NCBI GenBank assembly: GCA_964519305.1
Contig: CAZFHY010000015.1
Span: 1 to 64,000 of the forward strand
Direction: 5' to 3'
Length of the DNA: 64,000 bases
DNA from: Candidatus Undinarchaeota archaeon
Lineage (GTDB): Archaea; SpSt-1190; JASMDC01
Shown here: piece by piece, positions 1-11,354 of the stretch
Layout of the letters: every line of letters begins with the position of its first letter
Numbering within the stretch: the first letter of the stretch is position 1
Notes under the pieces: model-generated
Database searches by the model: none
The model's input: the letters and a program-made list of their open reading frames with translations, nothing else
Told to the model about the DNA's origin: nothing
Program-made: the position numbers and the translations under genes

Positions 1-1776
<1,776 letters not shown>

Positions 1777-1825
1777 TGGGTCCATTTTTATGCTTTGGTC
1801 CCCCTTCCTGGGGAGGACGCGAACC

Positions 1826-3418
1826 ATGGCCAGCCACAGCACCGTGAAAGGTGATGGACGTGGGGGCACGACTGCCCTCCTCCTGCTCGCTCTGTTCATG
1901 ATCGTGTCTGCAGTCTGTGCGGTGGATGACGTGCGGATGTTCGTTGAGCTCACGGCCCGCGGGTACGAACCAGCACCAGAGCACACGCTGCTGGAGAAAG
2001 TGGAACTGGACTTCCACGTGGTGGAGATCGAGAGCAACTGGACCCTGCGGTGCGGGCTCATCGATCCATTGGGAGAACCATACGCACTGTGCCCGGGGGA
2101 CCATGCCGATCCCCCCGTGTGCGATGAACAGCCGCCTACGACCGTGGCAGGCCTTACCGTGCGTATCACACTGGACCGCTCGTTCTATGACTGGGTCCCC
2201 GGGATGTACCGGCTCGACTGTGTCCCTAACGAAGTGGGGAGTTTTTCCCAGCGCCTGAGCGTACAGTTCCAGGTACGTGAGGGTGAGGCCACACCTGAAC
2301 CCACTCCGGAGCCGACCCCCGAACCTACACCTGACAGGACCGGTGTCATAACACCAGTACCACCGAAGACGACCCTGTCACCCACCCCCGTCTCGTCCAC
2401 ACCCACCCCCGAACCGTCCGTAGGGGCCAGCCCCGAGCCGCTGCCGGTCCCACCTGACGACAAAGGGCTAGTGTGTGGCGACCGCATCTGCGAGAAAGGG
2501 GAGGACACTTTCACATGCTGTAGCGATTGTGGATGCAACGGGGACCTAGTCTGTCTTTCCGGCACCTGCGTGAAGCCCACCGACGAGGTAGCGGTCCGTC
2601 CCTGTGGCGGCGGTCAACCCTGCGCGAACATCGGTAGCGTCAAGATGTCCATGGAGAACATACTCCGCACCCGGCTTGAGGTCGCAAACGAGATGGCGCT
2701 ACTGGAAACACAGGGCTACCGTATTACGAGGCCCCACTCGGTCCATCCCTTCACCGGATACCGCTTCAGGGTTCTGGCGGTGCAAGGGAGCGAGCAGGTG
2801 ATAATCGAGGGCGACATCGACGCAGCGACCGGTAACATAGTCTCCTACCATGTGATAGGTGAGCGTGAGCCCACAATAGTGCTCCCGGGGTGGACGAGCG
2901 TGTTAGCCCTCGCTCTAGTAGTGTTCGCCGCCAGCTACGTATTCCTGGCTTCGACACGGTCACCCGTCTACGGCGGAGCTGCCCCAAAGGTACCTCAGGA
3001 CGTGGCCGAAGCGGAGATGGAGACCCTGAGCGAGCTCGGTTCCGTCCCTCAGATAGAACGCCATCGACGTATCGGTGCGGCCTCTGAGGCATCTGATGAT
3101 CGTCCCCGGTCTGAGGTGCTGCGTTCCGACGTGCCCGAGGACTGGTCCGAGGACATATCATGGCACCGCCACCGGACCGTTGCTCGTCATCGTGAGGAAG
3201 CGCTCCGTATAATCGATAGGCTTGCCCCCGAGGCGCTCATACCTCATGAGGACCCTCTGGCGATCGATGACAGGGATAATCTCCCTCCCGAGGATGGCGG
3301 GCCGCCACCGCGTCCTGCGGGCGAGCTTCCCCCGGCGCGTCGAACCAAGCCCGTGCCCAAGGAGGGCGTCACCGAAGAGGATGAGGAGCTCATAGATTCC
3401 TGGCTCGACGACGAGTAG
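1826..3418 (+). CDS. Membrane-anchored surface protein, partial paralog of the upstream gene
   Basis: GGAGG before ATG 1826; signal peptide; TPEP repeats; CGDRICEKGEDTFTCCSDCGC motif; TM; long cytoplasmic tail. Confidence 0.8.
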   Translation: MASHSTVKGDGRGGTTALLLLALFMIVSAVCAVDDVRMFVELTARGYEPAPEHTLLEKVELDFHVVEIESNWTLRCGLIDPLGEPYALCPGDHADPPVCDEQPPTTVAGLTVRITLDRSFYDWVPGMYRLDCVPNEVGSFSQRLSVQFQVREGEATPEPTPEPTPEPTPDRTGVITPVPPKTTLSPTPVSSTPTPEPSVGASPEPLPVPPDDKGLVCGDRICEKGEDTFTCCSDCGCNGDLVCLSGTCVKPTDEVAVRPCGGGQPCANIGSVKMSMENILRTRLEVANEMALLETQGYRITRPHSVHPFTGYRFRVLAVQGSEQVIIEGDIDAATGNIVSYHVIGEREPTIVLPGWTSVLALALVVFAASYVFLASTRSPVYGGAAPKVPQDVAEAEMETLSELGSVPQIERHRRIGAASEASDDRPRSEVLRSDVPEDWSEDISWHRHRTVARHREEALRIIDRLAPEALIPHEDPLAIDDRDNLPPEDGGPPPRPAGELPPARRTKPVPKEGVTEEDEELIDSWLDDE

Positions 3419-3456
3419 GGTCGCATTTTTATTGCTAGAGCGCCCTGCATGTCATC

Positions 3457-4812
3457 ATGGCGCGACCGAGGGTACTGCTGGTCTACCCGTCCTCGTTCCG
3501 TTCCGAGGGCTGGGGGGGCGCTGTCCTTCCCACCAAGACCCATATGGTTGCGCTCTATTCCGCAGTGAGCGGGGTCGCGGAGTGCGATGTCCTTGATCTT
3601 GAGGTGGAGATAGGCCGACCCTCCAACATGCGTGAGGAAGCTGCGTTCGCTCTGGAGGCCCGGCACCTTATGGAGGAGCGGACCTTCGACGTGCTTGCCG
3701 TGTCCTGCTGGACGTCTCTTTCCTACCGGGCGACCAAGTGCGTTCTGGATATCGCGGCGATCGTCCGGCCAAAAGCGCTCACTATCGTGGGGGGATACCA
3801 TGCGACCGCCCGTCCTGAGGACTTCGAAGGGATGGCGGATATTGTCGTCACGGGTGAGGGCGAGTCGGCCCTAGTGAACGCGGTCAAGGAACTACCCAAA
3901 CGGGGAAAGGGCACACGTGTAGTAGCGGGCAGGCCCTCGACTATGGAATCTGCCCCGGAGCTCGACTGGGAAGGGTATCCGTACCTCGTCCGCGGATGGC
4001 CCGTGGGTTTGTACTTGTCACGGGGATGCCCATTCTCTTGCTCATTCTGCATGGAAGGCGTGAAGGGCGACCATCGTGCTCTCCCCGTCGATGAGGCATT
4101 GCGCCTGGTCGCACGTACCGTGGAGGTAGTGGACCCGTCCCAGCTGCGGTTCTCCGATGCATGCTTCGGTGCGTCCCCGTCATGGCGTCGCGACTTCCTA
4201 CGTGGGCTCGTGGACCTGGGCGCAGGGACCGAGTACTGGGCCGAGACGCGTGCCGACCTGATCGATGGTGCGGACGCTGCTCTCATGGCGAAGCTCGACA
4301 TGCGGGTCGACATAGGTCTGGACGCGGCCTCACCTGAAATGCTCGGGATCATGGCCAAGTGCGCCGATCCCTCCACCTATCTGGACACGTACGCTGCAGC
4401 GGACGCCGCGCTGGACGAGCATGACGTACCACACACCACCTACCTTCTCTTCAACCATCCCGGCGAGAGCCGACAGACGGTGACCGAGACGCTCTCCTTC
4501 ATGGAGCGGCTCGTGGACGGGAAGGACGCGACGGCCGGGTGGATAGCAGCCCAATCCTACGCCTTCTTTCCCGGGAGTCTCGTGGACCGTGAACTGACCC
4601 GGTTCGAGCGACGGTACGGCACGCGGGTGCTCAATCCGCGTTGGTGGACCATGGAGGGCCCGCTCGTGGAGCTCGCCAGCAGGGTGATCCCCAGTCGCCA
4701 TCTGACTCTGTCCGGCAGGAACTTCTGGAAGGCGGGGATGCGTCGACTCCAGCGCAAGCTCGAGGGCATCATGAGCGATGAGGCCCGCAGCGCGGTCGGC
4801 GTCAAGGTGTGA
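3457..4812 (+). CDS. Cobalamin-binding (class B-type) radical SAM protein
   Basis: N-terminal B12-binding-like domain (IVGGYHAT, VVTGEGE); SRGCPFSCSFC CxxxCxxC motif; PGE and FFPGS motifs. Confidence 0.9.
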   Translation: MARPRVLLVYPSSFRSEGWGGAVLPTKTHMVALYSAVSGVAECDVLDLEVEIGRPSNMREEAAFALEARHLMEERTFDVLAVSCWTSLSYRATKCVLDIAAIVRPKALTIVGGYHATARPEDFEGMADIVVTGEGESALVNAVKELPKRGKGTRVVAGRPSTMESAPELDWEGYPYLVRGWPVGLYLSRGCPFSCSFCMEGVKGDHRALPVDEALRLVARTVEVVDPSQLRFSDACFGASPSWRRDFLRGLVDLGAGTEYWAETRADLIDGADAALMAKLDMRVDIGLDAASPEMLGIMAKCADPSTYLDTYAAADAALDEHDVPHTTYLLFNHPGESRQTVTETLSFMERLVDGKDATAGWIAAQSYAFFPGSLVDRELTRFERRYGTRVLNPRWWTMEGPLVELASRVIPSRHLTLSGRNFWKAGMRRLQRKLEGIMSDEARSAVGVKV

Positions 4813-4814
4813 GC

Positions 4815-6611
4815 TCACCGGCTCAGTGAGAATGTACCGTATCCATGGAGGAGTCCCCGTGGTTCAGCGGACAGCGCGTACACCTGGATACCATAGGTCC
4901 CGGCCGTATCAGTGATGGTGAGGTTGTAGTCAGTGGCGTATGCCAGACGTGAGAACACCACATCTCCCGTCTCTATTGTATCCTTGTCGGTGAAGTAATG
5001 TGTTTCCACCTTCTGCGTCATTGTCTCCAGATGGGGCACGACGAGTGTCGTGGATGTGCCGTCCGGTCTGAGGAGAACCAGCAGGATACAGGGATCATTA
5101 GAAGTATAGGATGGGAACGTGCACTCCTGCGGCCACTTGTCGGTGACGTACGGAGGCATGATTATGTTGATGTGGACGGTGCGGTTGGTGCCGTAGTCGT
5201 AGATTGTCTCGTCGGTGGTGACGTTGATGATGTTCCGGGATACTGGACGGACGATCTTGATACGGGTGTGGTACTTATCGTCTATGCCCAGTACGTGCTT
5301 GAGCTCTTGGTAGCTATCGATGGACTGGAGCTCCTTGAACCGGACGATCGAGGTATGGTTCAGTGTGCGGCCTTTATCGGTAGTGAACCCGAAGCTCTCG
5401 GGGATCTCGTTCCGTGCCAGCCAGTGGGCCTGTTCCAACGTCTCCATGACGACCGCCAGGATTCTATCCTCCGTCCCCTCCCCTCCGGTGAGGATCGAGG
5501 TGTCGTCCGGTGGCTTGAGCGTGATATCGTCGAAGTACAGGAAGGTGGAACCCTCCCACTTGTCACGCTCGACATCGGTGAGGTTGATGTTGAATGCCGT
5601 GAGGTGGATGGGCGGATGTCCGCTCGAGATGCCGAGCCGTTCGTGTGCAGCGTCCTCGAGGTTCAGGTGCACATGCCGCCATACACCCGTATCGTTGGCA
5701 TCGAGCTCGTACAGCTCGAGCGTGTCCTGGTAGAGGTTCGAGTCATACCTGAAGATATAGGTGAAGTTGAACGGATTGTCCGCCCCGGTCACCTTGTAGT
5801 AGAGGTCGAGATATGGATGGGTGTTGAGCAGGTAGTTCATACCGGTCCTACCTGCAGTGAGGTAGTCTGTGGCGTTCTCTGCAGTCCAGGTCACGGATAC
5901 GATCTGTGACACCTGACCTATCTTCACATCGATTGTGGAGAGGGCATAGTCGAACGTCCGCCCCTTACCGGTCAGCGAGCCGGTCGGGGCCCTGGCGATA
6001 ATATCGAGGTCATCCGCAAGCCCGCGCTTCGCTGTGTCCTTCTCAGTGTTCACGATGTACTTTTCCACCGGGACGACGTTCTTACGCCGGTCGAAGTAGA
6101 GGTGTACGACCGCTGAGCGTAGGTCACCCAGGAACACCTTGAAGTGGATTTCGTCCGCTATGTCCAAAACATCATTATTACCCGGATTGAACTTGATCAG
6201 CTTGTTGGACATGTAGCTGCGCTCGTACACCTGGAGGGTGTTGAAGTCGATGACGCTTATGTCGATGCCGGAGTTGTTGAGCTGGAGGCCCGTAATGTTA
6301 ACCCAGCGATGGCTCGAGCGCTCGCCACCATGGTCGGTTATGTTCAACAGCACTCGTGTGTCCAGGTCCTTGTTCCACCACTGGACATACCCCGCTTCCT
6401 CGGTGAGGAGCTGGAGGGCCGCGCGTCGCGCCATCATGGTGTTAGTGTAGAAGCGGGAGTCGTCGACCCGGGGGAGGAGCGTCTGGACCAGCAGTACGAG
6501 AACTGACACGAAAACGAACAGGAAGAGAGCGAAGGAGAGGAAGTACTCCACGATGAAGCCCTGGCCACGACTGTGCGCGAGCAGCCGGGAACGAAAGGTA
6601 CCTCTTCCCAC
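4815..6611 (-). CDS. Large pilin-like/secreted protein with class III-type signal peptide
   Basis: GTG at 6611 lies about 25 nt below a TATA (TTAAAAAG on the minus strand, 6633-6640). RGQ-GFIVE followed by a hydrophobic helix; beta-rich body with many N-x-S/T sites. Confidence 0.7.
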   Translation of the reverse strand: MGRGTFRSRLLAHSRGQGFIVEYFLSFALFLFVFVSVLVLLVQTLLPRVDDSRFYTNTMMARRAALQLLTEEAGYVQWWNKDLDTRVLLNITDHGGERSSHRWVNITGLQLNNSGIDISVIDFNTLQVYERSYMSNKLIKFNPGNNDVLDIADEIHFKVFLGDLRSAVVHLYFDRRKNVVPVEKYIVNTEKDTAKRGLADDLDIIARAPTGSLTGKGRTFDYALSTIDVKIGQVSQIVSVTWTAENATDYLTAGRTGMNYLLNTHPYLDLYYKVTGADNPFNFTYIFRYDSNLYQDTLELYELDANDTGVWRHVHLNLEDAAHERLGISSGHPPIHLTAFNINLTDVERDKWEGSTFLYFDDITLKPPDDTSILTGGEGTEDRILAVVMETLEQAHWLARNEIPESFGFTTDKGRTLNHTSIVRFKELQSIDSYQELKHVLGIDDKYHTRIKIVRPVSRNIINVTTDETIYDYGTNRTVHINIIMPPYVTDKWPQECTFPSYTSNDPCILLVLLRPDGTSTTLVVPHLETMTQKVETHYFTDKDTIETGDVVFSRLAYATDYNLTITDTAGTYGIQVYALSAEPRGLLHGYGTFSLSR

Positions 6612-6630
6612 AAAGGAATAGTGTCCGTGG

Positions 6631-6682
6631 TACTTTTTAACGGTATCGAGTGCGGACATGTCGTCCGACGAAACCTTTATGT
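6631..6682. promoter_or_regulatory. Divergent archaeal promoter pair (TATA boxes)
   Basis: TACTTTTTAA (minus-strand TATA) and GAAACCTTTAT (BRE/TATA), each about 25 nt from the respective start codon. Confidence 0.55.
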
Positions 6683-6705
6683 GTCCTCAGTGTACAGTTA
6701 TTCTT

Positions 6706-9129
6706 ATGGGGCTGCGCCGTCCAGTGGTGCTCGTCGCCCTCATTCTCCTACTCGCCTCCGCGGGTATCTATACGCCCATCACCATTCCGAAGTACACAAA
6801 GCCCCATACGGCCCCGGTCCACTTGTGCGGTACCTCGTGCGGAACGGAGGATTGGTTTTCGAGCACTCCTTTCTATTTTGGAGCAGTCCCGTTCGCCATC
6901 GGCAAGGACGCCGACGGGTACGATGTAGTGGCAGCGGGGCATGATGCCGCAGATAAGGTCCGCATCCCTGGAGACGGTACTATCCTTAAGAAGGCCCGGC
7001 GTATCCATTTCCTCCTCACGGGAGCCCATAGCGATTGCGAGCAGAAGATGACGCTGAGGCTCCAGTACGAGGGGGGGACCAGCGAAGATGTCGACCTCGA
7101 GGTTCCTGATAAGTCCTCCGGATGTGAGGACATCGCGATATTCTATGGTCAGGCCTTGGACTGGTTCGTCTACGCCCGCTCCGTGGTGAATCCTGAACCG
7201 GACAAGAACATAATCGCGCTCGAGTTCATCAACGAGCTCGAGGGATTCGGTCCACAGATAATCCTCATCGCCATCACCTTCGAGCATGGAGAGGCGGACG
7301 ATGATAAAGAGAGCTGTGAGGCCATGGTCGGAACAAATCACTGGGCCGTGGGCGCAGGTGAACGACAAGCGGCGTATATCTATCTCTACTATGAGAACTC
7401 GGAAGCAGAGAGTACGAGCAACCTAGCCGATGTTAGCGAGGCGGTCCTAGTAAATCCTGGCTTCGAGAACACTGAAGCGTGCCTGGAGGAAGATCCCGAG
7501 GGCTGGACGCAGTTTTCCGCGGGTGCTTCAAACGATTGTTGGGAAGTGGAGACGTCCCGGGTGAAAAGTGGTTCAAAGGCGTTCGGTAACTCATATGGGT
7601 GTAATGAGGTCTGTGACGACGATGAAGGCAATGCCGGCGTCTGGCCTAACATATATGCTCGTCAGGACATCAACCTACCTGCTAGTGGTCAGTACAGGGT
7701 GAAGGCAGGCTACTATTTCACAGGTGAGACGTTCGACGGCTCGGAGTGTACTAAATATGCTCTTGGTGAGGACGATTCGCGCCCCCACCTATTCGCTTTG
7801 GACAGTGGCGGGGGCCAGCTAGCTGAGCACAAGGGACCTTCCTTCTCGGACCTCGGGGAGGTGCTCTCTATGGGGACCTGGGCTTACCAGGACGTCGAGT
7901 GGAGCACTCCGAAGAATACCAAGTCCGTGAGACTCCAGATTGACGGTCTAGATGGTAACAATGGCTGCCAGTCCAGCGACACATATGACGGAGGGAACGC
8001 AGGAGGGTACATCGATGATGTTCTTGTGTTCGTCCGGAAGCTACCCAGTGAAGAACCCCTTATCGTACTCGGAGGTGCGGAGGATGCGGATTGGTGGCAT
8101 TCTGATTGGGCTCAGCGCCTTGCAATAGGAATAGTCTCTGACGAAGCCCTTGAGGATCATCAGGTGAAGGTCGTCCTCGATACAGCGGCCATTATCAATG
8201 CAGGTCAAATGAACGAGGACTGCTCTGACATAAGGTTCACAACGGATGATGGGACCGTGCTACCGCATTGGGTAGAGACGGATTGTAACTCCGCAAAGAC
8301 CGTGGTTTGGGTGCGGGTCCCAACGGTCCCTGAGGCTGACTATATCGACGCCACTTGTTGCGGTGACGATAGCGGAGAGGACCGAGTAGCACGACGCTGC
8401 CAGTCCGGGTGTGTGTCCGATCCTGAAGAGATAGCATGCTGTGACGATCCGAATGACTGCGTGTTCGACGAATGCGTGGTCCTCGCTTCTGAGAACGAGT
8501 GCAAGTCGGACGATTGCACCTGGAATTCGGGCCGCACACCTCCATGCTATGGACGACCCCGGTGCTACGGTATCAGCGATGAACGGGACCTCATGGGGGA
8601 CGGTACACAGGAATATTGCGAGTGGGGGGTCTGGAAGGAACGGTTCGAGGTCATGTACGAAGCCGGAGTTGTCAATGAACCGCGTCACATTGTCCAACAC
8701 ATCACCCGTGGTGGTGGATCCATCTACCTGAAGGTACGCAACCAGCTCGGTTCCGGAAAGAAGATCACTAACATGAACTTCTCTGTGACCGGGATGCTCC
8801 AGGACATGAGTCCCAAGTTCTTCACGAGCGAGGGGGACCGTGTGTGGAACGAGAGGACCAACTCCCTTCGTGAGTTCGCTGACTTGGCATCGATCACGGT
8901 CACTTTGCGATATGACATCCCCTCCTTCAATGATCTGCTCGTCAATCAGTTCAAGGGAGGCATAGTCATCGTAGCCGACGAGCTCCCACCGGTGTACCTT
9001 CCCGTGACAATCTACGTGAACTATACCAATGTGAGGGTCGACGACCTCAATCGAAAAGACATCCATGCCCTCATGAGCTTCTCCATGGGCTCGATCAAGG
9101 TATCCGGTGGCTACCGGACGGATGAATAA
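6706..9129 (+). CDS. Secreted multidomain protein with DUF2341-like domain and CCGDD Cys module
   Basis: Signal peptide; NPGFE...W carbohydrate-binding-like domain; WWHSDW...GQMNEDCSDIRF...LPHWVE...VWVRVP (DUF2341-like); CCGDD module at about 8356-8640. Confidence 0.75.
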   Translation: MGLRRPVVLVALILLLASAGIYTPITIPKYTKPHTAPVHLCGTSCGTEDWFSSTPFYFGAVPFAIGKDADGYDVVAAGHDAADKVRIPGDGTILKKARRIHFLLTGAHSDCEQKMTLRLQYEGGTSEDVDLEVPDKSSGCEDIAIFYGQALDWFVYARSVVNPEPDKNIIALEFINELEGFGPQIILIAITFEHGEADDDKESCEAMVGTNHWAVGAGERQAAYIYLYYENSEAESTSNLADVSEAVLVNPGFENTEACLEEDPEGWTQFSAGASNDCWEVETSRVKSGSKAFGNSYGCNEVCDDDEGNAGVWPNIYARQDINLPASGQYRVKAGYYFTGETFDGSECTKYALGEDDSRPHLFALDSGGGQLAEHKGPSFSDLGEVLSMGTWAYQDVEWSTPKNTKSVRLQIDGLDGNNGCQSSDTYDGGNAGGYIDDVLVFVRKLPSEEPLIVLGGAEDADWWHSDWAQRLAIGIVSDEALEDHQVKVVLDTAAIINAGQMNEDCSDIRFTTDDGTVLPHWVETDCNSAKTVVWVRVPTVPEADYIDATCCGDDSGEDRVARRCQSGCVSDPEEIACCDDPNDCVFDECVVLASENECKSDDCTWNSGRTPPCYGRPRCYGISDERDLMGDGTQEYCEWGVWKERFEVMYEAGVVNEPRHIVQHITRGGGSIYLKVRNQLGSGKKITNMNFSVTGMLQDMSPKFFTSEGDRVWNERTNSLREFADLASITVTLRYDIPSFNDLLVNQFKGGIVIVADELPPVYLPVTIYVNYTNVRVDDLNRKDIHALMSFSMGSIKVSGGYRTDE

Positions 9130-9201
9130 GAATCAGGTTCCTATCCTTCGAGTGCGATAACGCTCTGACGATCCAAATGGTTTTTTCTTAGAATAAGGGA
9201 C

Positions 9202-9227
9202 GGGACGCCCGGGGTTCCGGGCGTCCC
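9202..9227. terminator. Perfect 11-bp GC hairpin between convergent genes
   Basis: GGGACGCCCGG-ggtt-CCGGGCGTCCC; T6 tract at 9181-9186. Confidence 0.6.
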
Positions 9228-9243
9228 TCACTATTTCGAGTTT

Positions 9244-9597
9244 CTACTTCTTGCCCTTCTTGGCGGGCTTCTTCTTAGGAGCAGCTTTCTTCTTAGGCTT
9301 CTCCTCTTCCTTTTCTTCTTCTTCCTCTTCGGTCTCCTCTTCTTCCTCGTCCTCTTCTTCTTCTTCCTCTTCGGTCTCCTCTTCTTCCTCAGCCTCTTCC
9401 TTTTCTTCTTCTTCTTCAAGCTCCTCCTCTTCGCGGAACAGCCTGATCACAACGTAGAACAGGAGGATATATCCGATGACTATCACTGGCTTGTTCAGCT
9501 TGCTGATACCAAACAGCACCGTAATGACGCCGAGTATGAACACGAGATAGACGAACGTCATGCTCTGGACGAACCCCTGGTTATCATCATCTTCCAT
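9244..9597 (-). CDS. Small 2-TM protein with poly-Glu tract and Lys-rich tail
   Basis: ATG 9597 lies below TATA TTTTTAAAAC (9631-9640); two hydrophobic helices, about 45 mostly Glu residues, then KPKKKAAPKKKPAKKGKK. Confidence 0.75.
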   Translation of the reverse strand: MEDDDNQGFVQSMTFVYLVFILGVITVLFGISKLNKPVIVIGYILLFYVVIRLFREEEELEEEEEKEEAEEEEETEEEEEEEDEEEEETEEEEEEKEEEKPKKKAAPKKKPAKKGKK

Positions 9598-9719
9598 TCG
9601 TAAGCACCGTGGCAAGCTGTAGCCGGTATGGTTTTAAAAATTGTTCCCAAGGCGCCGCTGTCAGGACGATCGGTCAACCGCCCGACAGATTTAAAACGTA
9701 TATCAGAGAAACCGTGACC

Positions 9720-10742
9720 ATGGTCACCGTCTCAGTCCCCGGAAAGGTACACCTCATCGGTGAGCATGCGGTCGTGTACGGGAAACCAGCCATAATTGCT
9801 GCAGTTGACCGACGTGTCACCATCAATGTCGAGCCCGCTGATCGTGTGCAGATCACCGACCATCAGATGGATTCCGAGCTGGACTGGTCAGTGGACGAGT
9901 GCCTTATCGCAGGCCGGCGCGCGGACAAACTGTGGGAGTCGGGCAAGGACGCTGGTAACTTCACCGAACTCTTCCAGTTCACAAAGGGTGACGCCTTCAA
10001 GCGCGCGGCCATAGGCACATTCATGAACGAGCTCGGCGTGAGCAACGGCTGTGCGCTCACAATTGATTCTTCTATCCCACTTGGCTCCGGGCTCGGCTCC
10101 TCATCGGCGCTCTCCGTCGCACTCGCAGCGGCGGTAGCGGAGATTAACGGGCAGTCCGTGCCCCGCGAAGAGATCAACCGACTCGCTTACCTAGCTGAGC
10201 GGTACAAGCATGGCCACCCCTCGGGAGGGGACAACACAGCTTGTTGCTACGGTGGCTTGGTGTGGTTCCGGAAGGACACACCCGAGAACGTCATCCGCTC
10301 GCTCAAGGAGGAGGTGCCTTACAGCCTAGAGGATTTCGTGCTAGTGTACATAAAGGAGCCCGAGCGGACCACAGGGGAGCTTGTAGCGCACGTGCGCGGC
10401 CTGGATCCGGGCGTGCGCGATCCTTTAATGGACGATATCAGCGAGGCAACCCACAAGATGCGAACAGCCCTCAAGGAGCGTGATGTCAGATCTGTGGCCG
10501 GGCTCATCGACCGTGCCTGGGATAATCTGGCCGGACTGGGGCTCAGCGTGCCCGAGGCAGATGAGCTCATCTCCCGTATCCGTGCTGCTGGTGGGGCCGC
10601 TAAGCTCTGCGGCGCCTGTGGTGGCGGGATCATGCTGGCCCACTCGAGCGACCGAGCACGGCTCGACAAGGTAATCAAGGACGCAGGGTACGAGCCCTGG
10701 AAAACCGACCTGGGTGTCGAGGGGCTAAAGATCGAGCTATGA
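9720..10742 (+). CDS. mvk: Mevalonate kinase
   Basis: PGKVHLIGEHAVVYG, PLGSGLGSSSA, HGHPSGGD and GAAKLCGACGGG GHMP motifs; TATA ATTTAAAA about 25 nt upstream; operon context. Confidence 0.92.
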   Translation: MVTVSVPGKVHLIGEHAVVYGKPAIIAAVDRRVTINVEPADRVQITDHQMDSELDWSVDECLIAGRRADKLWESGKDAGNFTELFQFTKGDAFKRAAIGTFMNELGVSNGCALTIDSSIPLGSGLGSSSALSVALAAAVAEINGQSVPREEINRLAYLAERYKHGHPSGGDNTACCYGGLVWFRKDTPENVIRSLKEEVPYSLEDFVLVYIKEPERTTGELVAHVRGLDPGVRDPLMDDISEATHKMRTALKERDVRSVAGLIDRAWDNLAGLGLSVPEADELISRIRAAGGAAKLCGACGGGIMLAHSSDRARLDKVIKDAGYEPWKTDLGVEGLKIEL

Positions 10743-10796
10743 GGTCCGGGACAGCGGACCACAAGCCTTTAAAGAACTCACCGTCGTACTGACCGT

Positions 10797-11354
10797 ATGG
10801 CCATGAGGATCGTCGTGTGCATCACCGGAGCCTCCGGGGCCGTTCTGGGCGTCCGACTTCTTGAGGAGCTGCGCGCTCGCGATGTGGAGACACATGCGGT
10901 CGTTTCCGCTGCCGGGAACGGTATACTTGCTCACGAGCTGCCCGATGTTATAGTGGAGGCAGACCACGTCCACGATCCCGACGACCTGGCTGCACCAATC
11001 GCATCGAGCACGTATCCGGTCGATGCTGTGGTGGTCGCACCGTGCTCCGCAAAGACGCTGTCGGCGGTGGCCAACGACTACGAGCATAATCTGGTGGTCC
11101 GAGCTGTGTCCTGCTGCCTCAAGCAGGAGCGGCCGGTCATACTCATACCCCGGGAGACGCCGTACACCCTGGCCTACATAGAGAACCTGCGCAAGGCCAA
11201 GCTCAACGGGTGCACGATCCTGCCTCCGAACGTGGCCTATTACACACGACCGGGGACGGTGGAGGATGTCACCGACTTCTTCATCGGCCGGGTGTTGGAC
11301 CTGCTCGGGCTCGAGCACACGCTCTACAAACGATGGGAAGGGATGACATCATGA
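10797..11354 (+). CDS. ubiX: Flavin prenyltransferase UbiX
   Basis: ITGASG, APIASS, APCSAKTL, RETP, PP..YYTRP and W-G C-terminal motifs. Confidence 0.93.
   Translation: MAMRIVVCITGASGAVLGVRLLEELRARDVETHAVVSAAGNGILAHELPDVIVEADHVHDPDDLAAPIASSTYPVDAVVVAPCSAKTLSAVANDYEHNLVVRAVSCCLKQERPVILIPRETPYTLAYIENLRKAKLNGCTILPPNVAYYTRPGTVEDVTDFFIGRVLDLLGLEHTLYKRWEGMTS

Noticed and set aside
9231-9457. Poly-Lys/Arg (protamine-like) and poly-Ser ORFs
   Set aside because: Alternative-frame and antisense readings of the poly-Glu tract.
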